Shown: positions 30,741-39,965 of the stretch, piece after piece
How the letters are laid out: each line of letters starts with the position of its first letter
Position numbering within the stretch: position 1 is the stretch's first letter
From: Chthonomonadaceae bacterium
GTDB taxonomy: Bacteria > Armatimonadota > Chthonomonadetes > Chthonomonadales > Chthonomonadaceae
NCBI GenBank assembly: GCA_035650735.1
Contig: DASRGZ010000028.1
Span: 1 to 62,921 of the forward strand
Direction: 5' to 3'
DNA length: 62,921 bases
Program-made: the position numbers and the translations under genes
The notes under the pieces: generated by a model
What the model was told of the DNA's origin: nothing
Seen by the model: the letters and a program-made list of their open reading frames with translations, nothing else
Database searches by the model: none

Positions 30741-31009
30741 TGTTGACGGACCTTCAGAGGCTCACGGACGAACAGATGGCTTCCGCCGACCGCCTGTTCC
30801 GCACGCTGGCCGACTTCCTCAAGGGAAGCGCGGGGTTCGCTCTGCTCTTGGTGCGGTGACAACCCCGCCTTCCACATCGCTTTCGCTGTATTCTCCACTC
30901 CGCCGCAAATTCTAATTTTATCCCCATGAATTTCTGTAACCGGCCCTCCTTTGTCGCGTCTGAATAGGCAATGGGGCCGGTTGCGCGCCCGTTCGGAAAG
31001 AAAATAGGG

Positions 31010-31038
31010 TTGACAATCCGCAAGAGTCGCTGTAGAGT
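31010..31038 (+). promoter_or_regulatory. Sigma70-type promoter for the DUF1559 gene
   Basis: TTGACA-N17-TAGAGT. Confidence 0.6.
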
Positions 31039-31154
31039 TAAACATCCGCTGTCCCATCGCCAACCGAGTTTTCGCCTTCGTTGATGCCTGATAACCGTCT
31101 GTTGAGAATATCAACACATGTCCGTTCCCATGGTAAGGGAAGGAGGAAGGTAGG

Positions 31155-31964
31155 ATGAACAGTATTCGGATGCGGAAAGGATTCACGCTCATCGAACTGC
31201 TAGTCGTCATCGCAATTATCGCAATTTTGGCGGCTATTCTCTTTCCTGTCTTTGCGCAGGCCCGCGAACAGGCGCGCAAGGCTACCTGTCTTTCCAATCA
31301 GCGTCAGATCGGCACCGCTATCGCCATGTACACGCAGGACTATGATGAAACCCTGGTTCCTGCCGGCCTGCGCTACGCGCATACGCCTTCCCTGTGCTAT
31401 GAGTGCGGCGGCGATACGGGCTGCCTGACCGATGGCTATTGGACGCGCCCGCGCGCCTGGGTGGATTGGGGTGTTCCGATTCAACCCTATATCAAGAACG
31501 AGAACCTTTTCATAGACCCCAGCCGTCCGGATTGGGGATGCCTGGGTTACGCCATGAACACCGACTCTTCTAACGACGATTTCCCCGGCTCACCTTCGCC
31601 GCCAGGCTCCTTTGTCGAGGCAGGATTGCCCCCCGTTGCCCTGGCCGGAGTTGTCGCCCCCGCAGAGTGCCTCTTTATCTACGATTCGCATGACGCGGCG
31701 CTGGAGGATGCGCCAAGCACAACCGTTTCCACGGATGGCCCGGATACCGAAGGCTGGGAGACGATGAACGCCTGGCTACAGGCCGAGCGGTCTGGCATGG
31801 GCGTGGTGGAAGCGGCCATCCAGCACGGGATTACCTCGCCCTGGCGCCATCAGGTGGGCCTGAACGTCCAGTGGCTCGATGGACATACCAAATACGTCAA
31901 GTTCACGCAGTTGCAGCAAAAGCATCTTGACATCGAAAACCAGAACTATGACGTGCTGGAGTAG
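31155..31964 (+). CDS. Prepilin-type N-terminal cleavage/methylation protein, DUF1559 / H-X9-DG family
   Basis: [33 protein letters not shown]...C.SN; C-terminal [16 protein letters not shown]. Confidence 0.95.
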   Translation: MNSIRMRKGFTLIELLVVIAIIAILAAILFPVFAQAREQARKATCLSNQRQIGTAIAMYTQDYDETLVPAGLRYAHTPSLCYECGGDTGCLTDGYWTRPRAWVDWGVPIQPYIKNENLFIDPSRPDWGCLGYAMNTDSSNDDFPGSPSPPGSFVEAGLPPVALAGVVAPAECLFIYDSHDAALEDAPSTTVSTDGPDTEGWETMNAWLQAERSGMGVVEAAIQHGITSPWRHQVGLNVQWLDGHTKYVKFTQLQQKHLDIENQNYDVLE

Positions 31965-32057
31965 GAGGATTGCTTGGAAAGCCGGGCCGGGACCGCGCCG
32001 CCTTCCCGCATCAGCAGAGGGCGGCGCGCGGCCTGCCGGCGAGGAGGAGAAGCCCAG

Positions 32058-32477
32058 ATGGCTAAGCTAGTCACTCCGGGCGGGAAACCGCCCACTTCCA
32101 CGGGAGGAAACAGACCGCAACGACAGGCTGAGGCAGCCTCTGGCCTGCGCCGGGAAGCGCCTATTGGATGGATCATTGCGGCGGCCATTGGGCTGGTTAT
32201 CGCGCTGGGCGCGGGCGGCTTTTATGTCTATAACGGCGGATGGGAAACACAGGCGCAGAAACAGGCCCGGTTCCAGCATGAGATATTCCCGGTTCGGGCG
32301 GCCCGCCAGGGAATGATGGGACCGCTGGAGGCGGAGAATCGGCGCCGCAGGGAGCGCGGCGAACCGCTTCTCCAGGTGCCCCCCGACCGGCACGAGTCGG
32401 CAGCGGAACGCCGCCTGAAAATCGAGGCGTTACAGCAGCAACTCCAGAGCCGGCAGCAGCCGGGCAGCCACCCCTGA
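32058..32477 (+). CDS. Single-pass membrane hypothetical protein
   Basis: GAGGAGGAG RBS before ATG 32058; one hydrophobic segment; follows the DUF1559 gene. Confidence 0.7.
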   Translation: MAKLVTPGGKPPTSTGGNRPQRQAEAASGLRREAPIGWIIAAAIGLVIALGAGGFYVYNGGWETQAQKQARFQHEIFPVRAARQGMMGPLEAENRRRRERGEPLLQVPPDRHESAAERRLKIEALQQQLQSRQQPGSHP

Positions 32478-32502
32478 TGATCTTTGCTTTTCTAAATCGG
32501 TA

Positions 32503-32647
32503 TTGCCCGCGCAGGTGTCGCCAGGCGGAGGGCGGTGGCAAGGCGGAGGCGCGAACTATTGTAGCGCGACCCTAGCAGTCCATTGTAGGCGCGACCCTTG
32601 CCGTCAACGGGCCGTAGGCCCCCCAGCGACAGGGTTTAGCCTGCCGG
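32503..32647 (-). repeat. REP-bounded hairpin-unit element, copy with left arm plus two internal units
   Basis: Reverse complement reads CGGCAGGCTAAACCCTGTCGCT arm, then CAAGGGTCGCGCCTACAATGG-type units, then CCTCCGCCTTGC...GCGACACCTGCGCGGGCA, shared with 36444, 42750 and 62641. Confidence 0.75.
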
Positions 32648-32691
32648 GTAAGCTAGACGTTACCGATTTAGGTTGTCAAAGGTCATCAGAG

Positions 32692-32829
32692 GTGGGCTGC
32701 GGACGGCAAGCCCCATAAATGGGGCTGCCAGAGGTTGGTCAATTCCCTTTAGGAGCTGCAAGAAGGAAGGTTAGCCCCCTTCAGGGGGCTTGCTGCCCAC
32801 AGCCCGGTCCTTTAGGGCCGGGCGGAGCT
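32692..32829. repeat. REP doublet family A, copy 1
   Basis: Closely matches 45444-45582; hairpins AGCCCCCTTCAGGGGGCT and GCCCGGTCCTTTAGGGCCGGGC. Confidence 0.8.
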
Positions 32830-32844
32830 GGGTTTGCGTAGACG

Positions 32845-33048
32845 CTATCGCGCCCGATTCGGTGCGGCTGCTATTCGACGGAAGCGGCGGCGGTAGCGCA
32901 CGAGGCGTGTGCCTTCCGGCAGTTCGTCCGGCTCATACACCAGCACGATGCCGCCCGTCTCTATATCCAGATAGATTCCCGGTTCGACCCTCTCGCCGGA
33001 CCCGTATTCGCGCACGTTGGTACTCTCCGCGTCGAGAACGCCGGTCAT
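32845..33048 (-). CDS. Small hypothetical protein (weak YjzC-like resemblance)
   Basis: AAAGGAG RBS before ATG 33048; GERVEPGIYLDIETGG..V...DELPE. Confidence 0.6.
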   Translation of the reverse strand: MTGVLDAESTNVREYGSGERVEPGIYLDIETGGIVLVYEPDELPEGTRLVRYRRRFRRIAAAPNRAR

Positions 33049-33231
33049 GGCACCTTTCTCCTTTCCAAAACCGTAACGAACGCAGTACAACCCCTGCCGC
33101 CGAGACGCCCTTTCCCTGCCCACCTTCTTGACAAAACTTTTTTCCGAAAAGTTACCGGGCAGCGCGACACTTTTTGCGCGCGATCCGCGTCGTCAGGGTG
33201 AACAGCACTTTTTCAGAAGGAGAACGAACCT

Positions 33232-34416
33232 ATGGTTGCTATGCCGGTAGATACGCGGGCCAGCCTGAAAGCCATCTGCCCGCGCAAAGACCTCTTTGAG
33301 GCGGTCCAGACCGTCGGACACGCGGTATCCGGTCGCAGCTCGCTGCCCATTCTCAGCCATATTCTGATCCAGGCCGAGGAGAGCGGCCTGCGCCTGATCG
33401 CAACCGACCTGGAGCTGGGCATCTCCTGCCGTATTCCGGCGCAGGTGCAGGAGGGAGGCGGGCTGACCGCCCCGGCGCGCACGCTCACGGAGGTGCTTGC
33501 CAATCTGCCCGACAAGAGCGACGTCGCCCTCTCGGTGGATAAGAGCCACACGGTGCATATCAACTGCGACCGCTCGGCCTACAAGATCCTGGGCCTGCCC
33601 GCCGAGGATTACCCCCGGCTGCCGGAAGTCAAGGACGCGGTCGGCTTCTCCATCCCGCAGGCGACCTTGCGCGAGATGATCCGCCAGACGATCTTTGCGG
33701 TCTCTCCCGACGAGACGCGCGCCATCCTGACCGGCATCCTTATGGTTTTTGACGGGGAAACGCTCAAATTCGTCTCCACCGACACGCACCGCCTGGCGGT
33801 TAAGACAGCTCGGACCACGAACGGGCGAGGCTCCCAGAACGCCATCGTTCCCTCTCGCGCCATGAACGAGTTGGCACGCCTGCTCTCCGATGCCGAGGGC
33901 GATGTGGAGGTGGCGCTGTCGGATAATCAGGTGCGCTTTACGCTGCCCGGCGAGGGCGAGGTGCAGATCGTCTCCCGACTGATCGAGGGCCAGTTCCCCA
34001 ACTACCAGCGGGTTATTCCCAGCCAATACCAGAAGCGCCTGACCATTCCGGTCGAGCCGCTGCTGCGGGCGGTGCGCCGCGCCTCCATCGTCGCGCGCGA
34101 GAACTCCAACCGCGTCATCCTGCGGGCGGAGGACGATAAGCTGGTGCTGACGGCGGAGAGCCAGACGATTGGCAATGCGCGGGAGGAAGTAGAGGTCGTG
34201 CGGGAGGGCGATGACGTGGAGATCGCTTTCAACGCCAAGTATCTGCTGGACGTGCTGAGCGTGCTGGATGTGGATGGCCTGCACCTGGAGCTGACGGAGC
34301 CTCTCAAGCCCGGCGTGCTGCGCCCGGTGCCCAGCCCGCCCAGGGAGGAGGATGCCGCCGGAACGCCGCCGGAAGCCGACTACCTGTGCGTGCTGATGCC
34401 CATGCAGATCGTCTGA
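33232..34416 (+). CDS. dnaN: DNA polymerase III beta sliding clamp
   Basis: SLPILSHILI, ATDLE, AEDYP, R.ILTG, STDTHRLA, SRLIEGQFPNY.RVIP, IAFNAKYLLD, VLMPMQ. Confidence 0.97.
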   Translation: MVAMPVDTRASLKAICPRKDLFEAVQTVGHAVSGRSSLPILSHILIQAEESGLRLIATDLELGISCRIPAQVQEGGGLTAPARTLTEVLANLPDKSDVALSVDKSHTVHINCDRSAYKILGLPAEDYPRLPEVKDAVGFSIPQATLREMIRQTIFAVSPDETRAILTGILMVFDGETLKFVSTDTHRLAVKTARTTNGRGSQNAIVPSRAMNELARLLSDAEGDVEVALSDNQVRFTLPGEGEVQIVSRLIEGQFPNYQRVIPSQYQKRLTIPVEPLLRAVRRASIVARENSNRVILRAEDDKLVLTAESQTIGNAREEVEVVREGDDVEIAFNAKYLLDVLSVLDVDGLHLELTEPLKPGVLRPVPSPPREEDAAGTPPEADYLCVLMPMQIV

Positions 34417-34423
34417 TTTGCTA

Positions 34424-34578
34424 AAAACCTCAACAGGATTAACAGGATTTCTAAAATCCACCCAACCAACCGAGTCCTCTTCCTCTAGACTTAGTGGACT
34501 AGCCTTGGTTGCAAGGCTTCTGTCTTTTGCTTTAATCCTGTAAATCCTGAATAATCCTGTTAATCCTGTTGAGGTTTT
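34424..34578. repeat. Perfect 26-bp inverted repeat built of AACAGGATT units between convergent genes
   Basis: AAAACCTCAACAGGATTAACAGGATT (34424-34449) and its exact complement (34553-34578), plus extra AATCCTG units. Confidence 0.85.
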
Positions 34579-34584
34579 CTATTG

Positions 34585-36414
34585 TTAGTTGGCGCGGGCG
34601 GTGCGCAGGGCGATAGGTTTGCCGAAGGGACGCTGCGCGACGATGCCTTTACCCTCAACGATCTGGTAGATCTGCCCGGCGGCAACGGAGTTGAGCGTCG
34701 TCTTCTCGCCGGAGGGCCACTCGATCAGGATGGAGTCGGCTTGCCCGGCTTGACCCAGCCCGACCGTGATCGGCAATTCGCTCTGGGAGCAGTAGGACGA
34801 GCCGCTGCGGACCATGTAGGTCTGGGTTGCGCCGCCGATATGGGCGGTGATCTTGGCGCCGATAGCGCTGCGGTTGCTCGTGGTGCCCTCCAGTTCCAGG
34901 CGCAGGGAGTGGTTCTTGCCGCCCGTGTTGTGGAACAGGTAGGCCGGGCCGTTGTTGGTGGACATGGCGATGTCGAGCGCGCCGTCCAGATCGTAATCGG
35001 CGTAGGCAAGACCGCGCGCCACGACCTTCTGCTGCATCGCCGGGCCAAGCTGATCGCGGACGTTGACGAAATTCCCGTTGCCCAGGTTGCGGAAGACCAG
35101 CGGGTACTCGGCATACTCGACCTGCTGCTGGATCTCCTGAATGTCGTCATCTACATGGCCGTTGGCGACGAAGATATCCTGCCAGCCGTCGTTATCCAGG
35201 TCGAAGAAGAAGCAGCCGAAGGAGAGCGAGAGCAGGCTGGGCTGCCCGACGCCGACCTGCGGCGCGACATCCCGGTAGATGCTGCCCTTCTCGTTGTGGT
35301 AGAGGGCGAGCATCTGGTTGGAGAAGTTGCCGATAACCAGGCTCTGGTAGCCGCAGCGGTCGTAGTCGGCGGCATCAATGCCCATCGCGCCGCGCGCTGA
35401 GCCGCTATCCCCATAGGCCATACCCAGCTCCACGCCGACCTCTTTGAACGTGCCGTTGCCCTCGTTGTGGAACAGATAGTTGGGCTCGGTGTCGTTAGCG
35501 ATGGCGATATCGGGCCAGCCGTCGTTATCGTAGTCGCAGATAGCGACTCCGAGCGACTTGCCCTGCGCCTTGCTGCCATCGGAGCGCACCCACAGGCCCG
35601 CCTTTTGGGCGACGTTGGTGAAGTGGCCGCTGCCGTCGTTGTGGTAGAGCGAGAGCGGCTCGCCGGTGTACTGGGCCGGCGTGCAGTAGGTGGGATGGTT
35701 GTTGCGCGGGCAGGGAATGTCGGTAGCCGGCGTCCACTTGACATAGTGGCAGACGAGGAGGTCGAGCTTGCCGTCCTTGTCGTAATCCACCCAGGCAGCG
35801 CTGGTGCTCCAGCCGCCGTCCTGCACGCCCACTTTGGCGGCAACGTCGGTGAACGTGCCGTTGCCGTTGTTACGGAAGAGGTAGTTGCGGCCCAACGCGG
35901 TGACGTAGAGGTCGGGACGGCCGTCGTTATCGTAATCGCCGACGCAGGCGCCCATGCCGTACATCGGGATAGCCAGGCCCGCCTTCTGCGTCACGTCGGT
36001 GAAATGGCCGTTGCCGTCGTTGTGATAGAGCTTGCCGGTAACGGGTGGATGTTTGTCCCGATTGGGCGACAGGTGCGCCGAAGATAACTCCGCATCCGTC
36101 CACTCCCGGCTGTTGACGAAGAACACGTCCTGCAAACCGTCGCCATCGTAATCTATCCAGGCGACGCCGCTGCCCATCGTCTCCGGCAGCCACTTCTTGC
36201 CGAACGCGCCGCTGACGTGCCGGAAGTTGATGCCCGCCTCTCCGGTCACGTCCACCAGAGAAACGCCGACATTTTGCACTACCGGCATCACTTTGGTGGG
36301 CGCTTCATTGGATTTGGATTTGCAGCCGGCAAGCGCAGCGCCGAGAGCGACCGCCGCCAGCGCGACGCCCGCCCCGATTCTAACCATAGTCTGTAACTTA
36401 TATGGATGATGCAT
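34585..36414 (-). CDS. CRTAC1-family lipoprotein (FG-GAP repeats + ASPIC/UnbV domain)
   Basis: LAGC lipobox; ETMGSG; repeated DYDNDG.PD.. motifs; NRSAIGA.I, GSSYCSQS, IEWPSG. Confidence 0.93.
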   Translation of the reverse strand: MHHPYKLQTMVRIGAGVALAAVALGAALAGCKSKSNEAPTKVMPVVQNVGVSLVDVTGEAGINFRHVSGAFGKKWLPETMGSGVAWIDYDGDGLQDVFFVNSREWTDAELSSAHLSPNRDKHPPVTGKLYHNDGNGHFTDVTQKAGLAIPMYGMGACVGDYDNDGRPDLYVTALGRNYLFRNNGNGTFTDVAAKVGVQDGGWSTSAAWVDYDKDGKLDLLVCHYVKWTPATDIPCPRNNHPTYCTPAQYTGEPLSLYHNDGSGHFTNVAQKAGLWVRSDGSKAQGKSLGVAICDYDNDGWPDIAIANDTEPNYLFHNEGNGTFKEVGVELGMAYGDSGSARGAMGIDAADYDRCGYQSLVIGNFSNQMLALYHNEKGSIYRDVAPQVGVGQPSLLSLSFGCFFFDLDNDGWQDIFVANGHVDDDIQEIQQQVEYAEYPLVFRNLGNGNFVNVRDQLGPAMQQKVVARGLAYADYDLDGALDIAMSTNNGPAYLFHNTGGKNHSLRLELEGTTSNRSAIGAKITAHIGGATQTYMVRSGSSYCSQSELPITVGLGQAGQADSILIEWPSGEKTTLNSVAAGQIYQIVEGKGIVAQRPFGKPIALRTARAN

Positions 36415-36443
36415 TTTCGTTCCGAGTTCTCCTCAAACACTTC

Positions 36444-36570
36444 CGGCAGGCTAAACCCTGCCGCTGTGGGGCCTACGGCCTGCTGCCTGCCTGCGCAGGC
36501 AGAACATTATCGCCCACGCAGGTGGGCGACGGGCGCTTTGCGCCCCCGAGCGGCAGGGTTTAGCCTGCCG
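36444..36570. repeat. REP-bounded element, 'empty' copy with perfect 22-bp terminal inverted repeats
   Basis: CGGCAGGCTAAACCCTGCCGCT (36444-36465) and its exact complement (36549-36570); the right part recurs at 62873-62921. Confidence 0.85.
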
Positions 36571-36592
36571 CGTCAGGGCCACGAGTTAGATT

Positions 36593-39500
36593 TCAGCGGG
36601 CAAGAGCGACCGTTTTTGGTTGGTTGGTTGGCCTGTTCCGGCGCAGGGCCGCCTCCTGCTGCTGTTTTTTGCGCCGGGCGATAGCGTTCTCGCGCTGGAT
36701 AAGCCATTTCGGCTTGGCTTCGACGACCGCATCCGGCTGCTCATGGATGGGCTGGGCGAGATTGTTGTCCTCCGGGTGCCGGCGCTTATAGGGGCCGGTG
36801 AGGTCGGTTGTCGTCTCGTCCGCCTTGAAGCGCTTATAAAGCGCCTCATGGATGGACGCTCGGCCCATATCGCCTTTGGCCCGATAGCACTTCATCAAGT
36901 TGTAGTGGGCGGTGATGTCCTCCGGGTCAATAGAGAGCGTATGCGTCAGGTGCTGGATGGCGTCATCGTAGCGGCCCAGGCGGAACAGGATCGTTCCGGC
37001 CAGGTTGCGCACGTTGCGGTCGTCCGGGAAGATTTTGATGACTTCATCCAGCACGGCAAGCGCCTTATCGAGCTGGCCCTGGTCGAAGAGCGTCTGCGCG
37101 TAGAAGTTTTGCGTGCGCGCCTTCTGGTAGGGCGTCATCGGCGTTGGGTTGGCATCGTAGAGGGAGAACGCCTTGTTGAAGGCTGCCTGCGCCGCCGCCG
37201 TATCGCGCTCGGCCTGGCGCACGCGCCCGATGTTGACGTAGCCCTCCGGCCACTTCGGCGCAATCTTCGTCACCTGCGTGAAGGCGCGGGTGGCGCCCCG
37301 GAAATCGCCTTGCAGCAGCAGGCCGATGCCGTAGTCATTCCAGCGAATACGATCCTTCTTGTCGTCGCCGGGCGTGGCGGGCGCATCCGGCTGCGCGTTC
37401 GCATTGACGACCGGCAGCATGACCGTGTCCTGGCAAAGCACCGTGATCGGCAGATCGGGAATATCCTTAATCTCGCCCGAGGCGATGGAGGTATCCTCAT
37501 CAAAGCGCATCGGGCGGTCGTCCCAGCCATGGGCCACCGGGCCGGCGGTCTTGCCGACGCCGATACCAACGGTTGCGCCCCCCTGTGCGGCGGTGCTTTT
37601 TGCTGAGGCCGGGGTGAGGCTGCCGACGTGGCCGTCGGTGCGCCCGGCATAGGCGAACTGCGTGTTCCACCAGGAGAACTTGCGGTAGTTCAACCTGGCG
37701 GTGAGCGTGACGCGGTCGCCGCAGTCTTTGGGTACCTTCAGGCGGAAGTGGACGACGTCCGCCGCGCCGGGCGGAATATTCTTGGCATAGACGACGGCGC
37801 GGGCAGCCCAGGCGTTGCGCTTGTTGATGGGATTGCTGTGGCCGTCCACCAGCAGGGCGCGGTAGCGGTGGGCAGCCTTCTCGACCGGGCCACCGGGCCA
37901 GGAGAGCTTGCCGCTGTGGTAGAAGGTGCGGCCCTTGCTGTCTTTGGCCTCTAGCTCCACCCAGACATCGAAGGCGTCGAAGGTGCCGCCGGGGAAGACG
38001 TGGCCGAGCTTGAGCGTGCGCACGACGACCTCCACCAGCGGGCTTTCGCCGCGGCGCAGCGCGGCCCCCTTGCCGCCCCGGTTCAGCGGCGCGACCAGCG
38101 TATCCTCCACGACGGGCGCGTTGGCGGCGGCGACCGGCAGGCCCGCTCCTGCCTCACCCATCAGGTTAGCGGCTCTGGGCGTGTCCAGGCTCATCCCGCT
38201 TCGGCGCGGTGTCGCGCTTCTGCCCTGCGCCACCTTCCTGGCTCCCTCTTTGGCGCGGCGCAGCCCGAAGATGTCAATGGAGAGCGCCTTGTCCTGAAGG
38301 AACTTCTGGACAACCTCTAGCTGCGTCGTATCGTGGTAGGCAAAGGGCAGCGCGGTATTGGCGGCGGGGAAGCGATGCGAATGGACAAAGCCGCCGATGT
38401 TGCCCGCGTCCTTCGAGGCCGTCAGCGGCATGTGGCAGTCAGCGCACTTCTTGAAGGCGGGCTGGCCCGTCTTCTCATCCGATGGATAGTAGAAGGAGGC
38501 CGCGCCGAAGCCGGAGACGCCGCTCTGCTGCCAGGCATCGTAGTCGTTGAAGCCCCGGAACCAGCGATAGCCGTTGACGGGCACATCCAGGTGAACTTTG
38601 TGGCAGGACGAGCAGAACTTGGCGGTCTGGTCGGTATGGAAGGGACGCAGGAACGTCTTTTTATGAGGCTCCGGCGCCAGGCGGGTTAGGAAGTTATGCA
38701 GGCCCTTGGCGAAGGCGTTGTTGGTCACCAGGTACTTGTGCATCGGCGGATAGTCGGCCAGGTAGTCGCTCTGCCCCATCGTGCTCTTGACGTGGACGAT
38801 GGAGTGGCAGACGGCGCAGCCAATGCCCGCATGGGACTCGGGGTACTTCTCCGGGGGCCAGAGCTGATCCTTTATCGGCTTGTCGAAGCGCGGATGGCCG
38901 GGACTATGGGGGTCTTCCGTGAGCAGCACAGCCATATCATGGCAGCCGCCGCACCACTTCGAGGGTTGCGTTCCTATGACCTCCTGCATGTATTCGATGG
39001 ACTTGCGGTACCACTGGTTATTAAACGAGGCGCGGTGATGCGCCGACGACTGCCACTGCGCGTAGATGTCCGGGTGACAGCCCTTCGCGCCGCAGGATTG
39101 GGAGTCCACGAAGTATTCCGAGGGGAAGAACTGCCCGCCGACGGACTGCGCGGAGGCAGGGAAGAACTTGCCGCCCGCGCCGTCGCCCTCCTGAAAGGCG
39201 GTCATGGGCGGGAGCGCGGGATTGGAGATGATGCGGTCGGCGTTGGGTGCATAGAGCGTGTAGATCAGCAGCGCGACCATAGGCAGGCCGAACAGCAGGC
39301 CGTAACGCGCCGCCATCTGCACATGCTGCCGCTCCGGGGAGCCTATTCCGGCGGCGCGCGCCCGCGCCAGCAGATAGGCAAAGCCGCACAGGACAAACCC
39401 GGCGGTGCTCACGTCGTGGATGGGACGCAGCACATAGCGCAGGTTGAGGGAGAAAACCTGAAAGCCGATTCCGAGAAAGGCCAGGCCGGAGATCAGGCAG

Positions 39501-39811
39501 GCGACCAGGAAGAGTGCCGTCAGCGCTCCCAGGACGGCGGAAGCGCCCTGCCGCGCGCGAATGGCGCGCACGAGCGCGCCCGCCCGCCAGATCACCAGGC
39601 CGGTGATCAGCAGGCCCTGGAGCAGGTGCAGCAGCAGCGTCGCCTCATAAGTGAAGGCGGAGAGCTCGATGCGCGGCGGGCCGGAGGCGCGATTGGCGAT
39701 GAACAGGTAAGCCGAGTCCAGCAGCAAAACGATCAGCAGCACTGGCAGCGTAAGCCGAGGGCGGCGTGAGCGCTTTTCGGCTTCCAGAGGGGAAGAAGGC
39801 GGTACGGACAT
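36593..39811 (-). CDS. Membrane-anchored multiheme c-type cytochrome + TPR protein
   Basis: About five N-terminal TM helices; CGAKGCH, CGGCH, CAVCH, CSSCH, CADCH; SHRFPAAN; RWNDYGIGL and C-terminal TPRs. Confidence 0.9.
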   Translation of the reverse strand: MSVPPSSPLEAEKRSRRPRLTLPVLLIVLLLDSAYLFIANRASGPPRIELSAFTYEATLLLHLLQGLLITGLVIWRAGALVRAIRARQGASAVLGALTALFLVACLISGLAFLGIGFQVFSLNLRYVLRPIHDVSTAGFVLCGFAYLLARARAAGIGSPERQHVQMAARYGLLFGLPMVALLIYTLYAPNADRIISNPALPPMTAFQEGDGAGGKFFPASAQSVGGQFFPSEYFVDSQSCGAKGCHPDIYAQWQSSAHHRASFNNQWYRKSIEYMQEVIGTQPSKWCGGCHDMAVLLTEDPHSPGHPRFDKPIKDQLWPPEKYPESHAGIGCAVCHSIVHVKSTMGQSDYLADYPPMHKYLVTNNAFAKGLHNFLTRLAPEPHKKTFLRPFHTDQTAKFCSSCHKVHLDVPVNGYRWFRGFNDYDAWQQSGVSGFGAASFYYPSDEKTGQPAFKKCADCHMPLTASKDAGNIGGFVHSHRFPAANTALPFAYHDTTQLEVVQKFLQDKALSIDIFGLRRAKEGARKVAQGRSATPRRSGMSLDTPRAANLMGEAGAGLPVAAANAPVVEDTLVAPLNRGGKGAALRRGESPLVEVVVRTLKLGHVFPGGTFDAFDVWVELEAKDSKGRTFYHSGKLSWPGGPVEKAAHRYRALLVDGHSNPINKRNAWAARAVVYAKNIPPGAADVVHFRLKVPKDCGDRVTLTARLNYRKFSWWNTQFAYAGRTDGHVGSLTPASAKSTAAQGGATVGIGVGKTAGPVAHGWDDRPMRFDEDTSIASGEIKDIPDLPITVLCQDTVMLPVVNANAQPDAPATPGDDKKDRIRWNDYGIGLLLQGDFRGATRAFTQVTKIAPKWPEGYVNIGRVRQAERDTAAAQAAFNKAFSLYDANPTPMTPYQKARTQNFYAQTLFDQGQLDKALAVLDEVIKIFPDDRNVRNLAGTILFRLGRYDDAIQHLTHTLSIDPEDITAHYNLMKCYRAKGDMGRASIHEALYKRFKADETTTDLTGPYKRRHPEDNNLAQPIHEQPDAVVEAKPKWLIQRENAIARRKKQQQEAALRRNRPTNQPKTVALAR

Positions 39812-39898
39812 AAGACTTGGTCCTTGATTAGGCCGGCTTGGATGGAAGAAGCCGTTGCAATTCTCAACCTGCCGCAACAGCAGGTGTAACCTAAGGGC

Positions 39899-39955
39899 AG
39901 TATACGACGCCAACCTTAAACGGGGGTTAAAGGTTCCTTAAAGTTTTTTAAGGTT
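39899..39955 (-). promoter_or_regulatory. Four TTAA boxes at ~11-bp period upstream of a TATACT -10 (OmpR/PhoB-type activated promoter)
   Basis: TTAA at 39916, 39927, 39938 and 39948; TATACT on the minus strand at 39904-39899; AT-rich patch in a GC-rich context. Confidence 0.5.
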
Positions 39956-39965
39956 CGAGGAATGG

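Noticed and set aside
33050..33231. oriC next to dnaN
   Set aside because: No TTATCCACA-type box cluster seen and no dnaA nearby.
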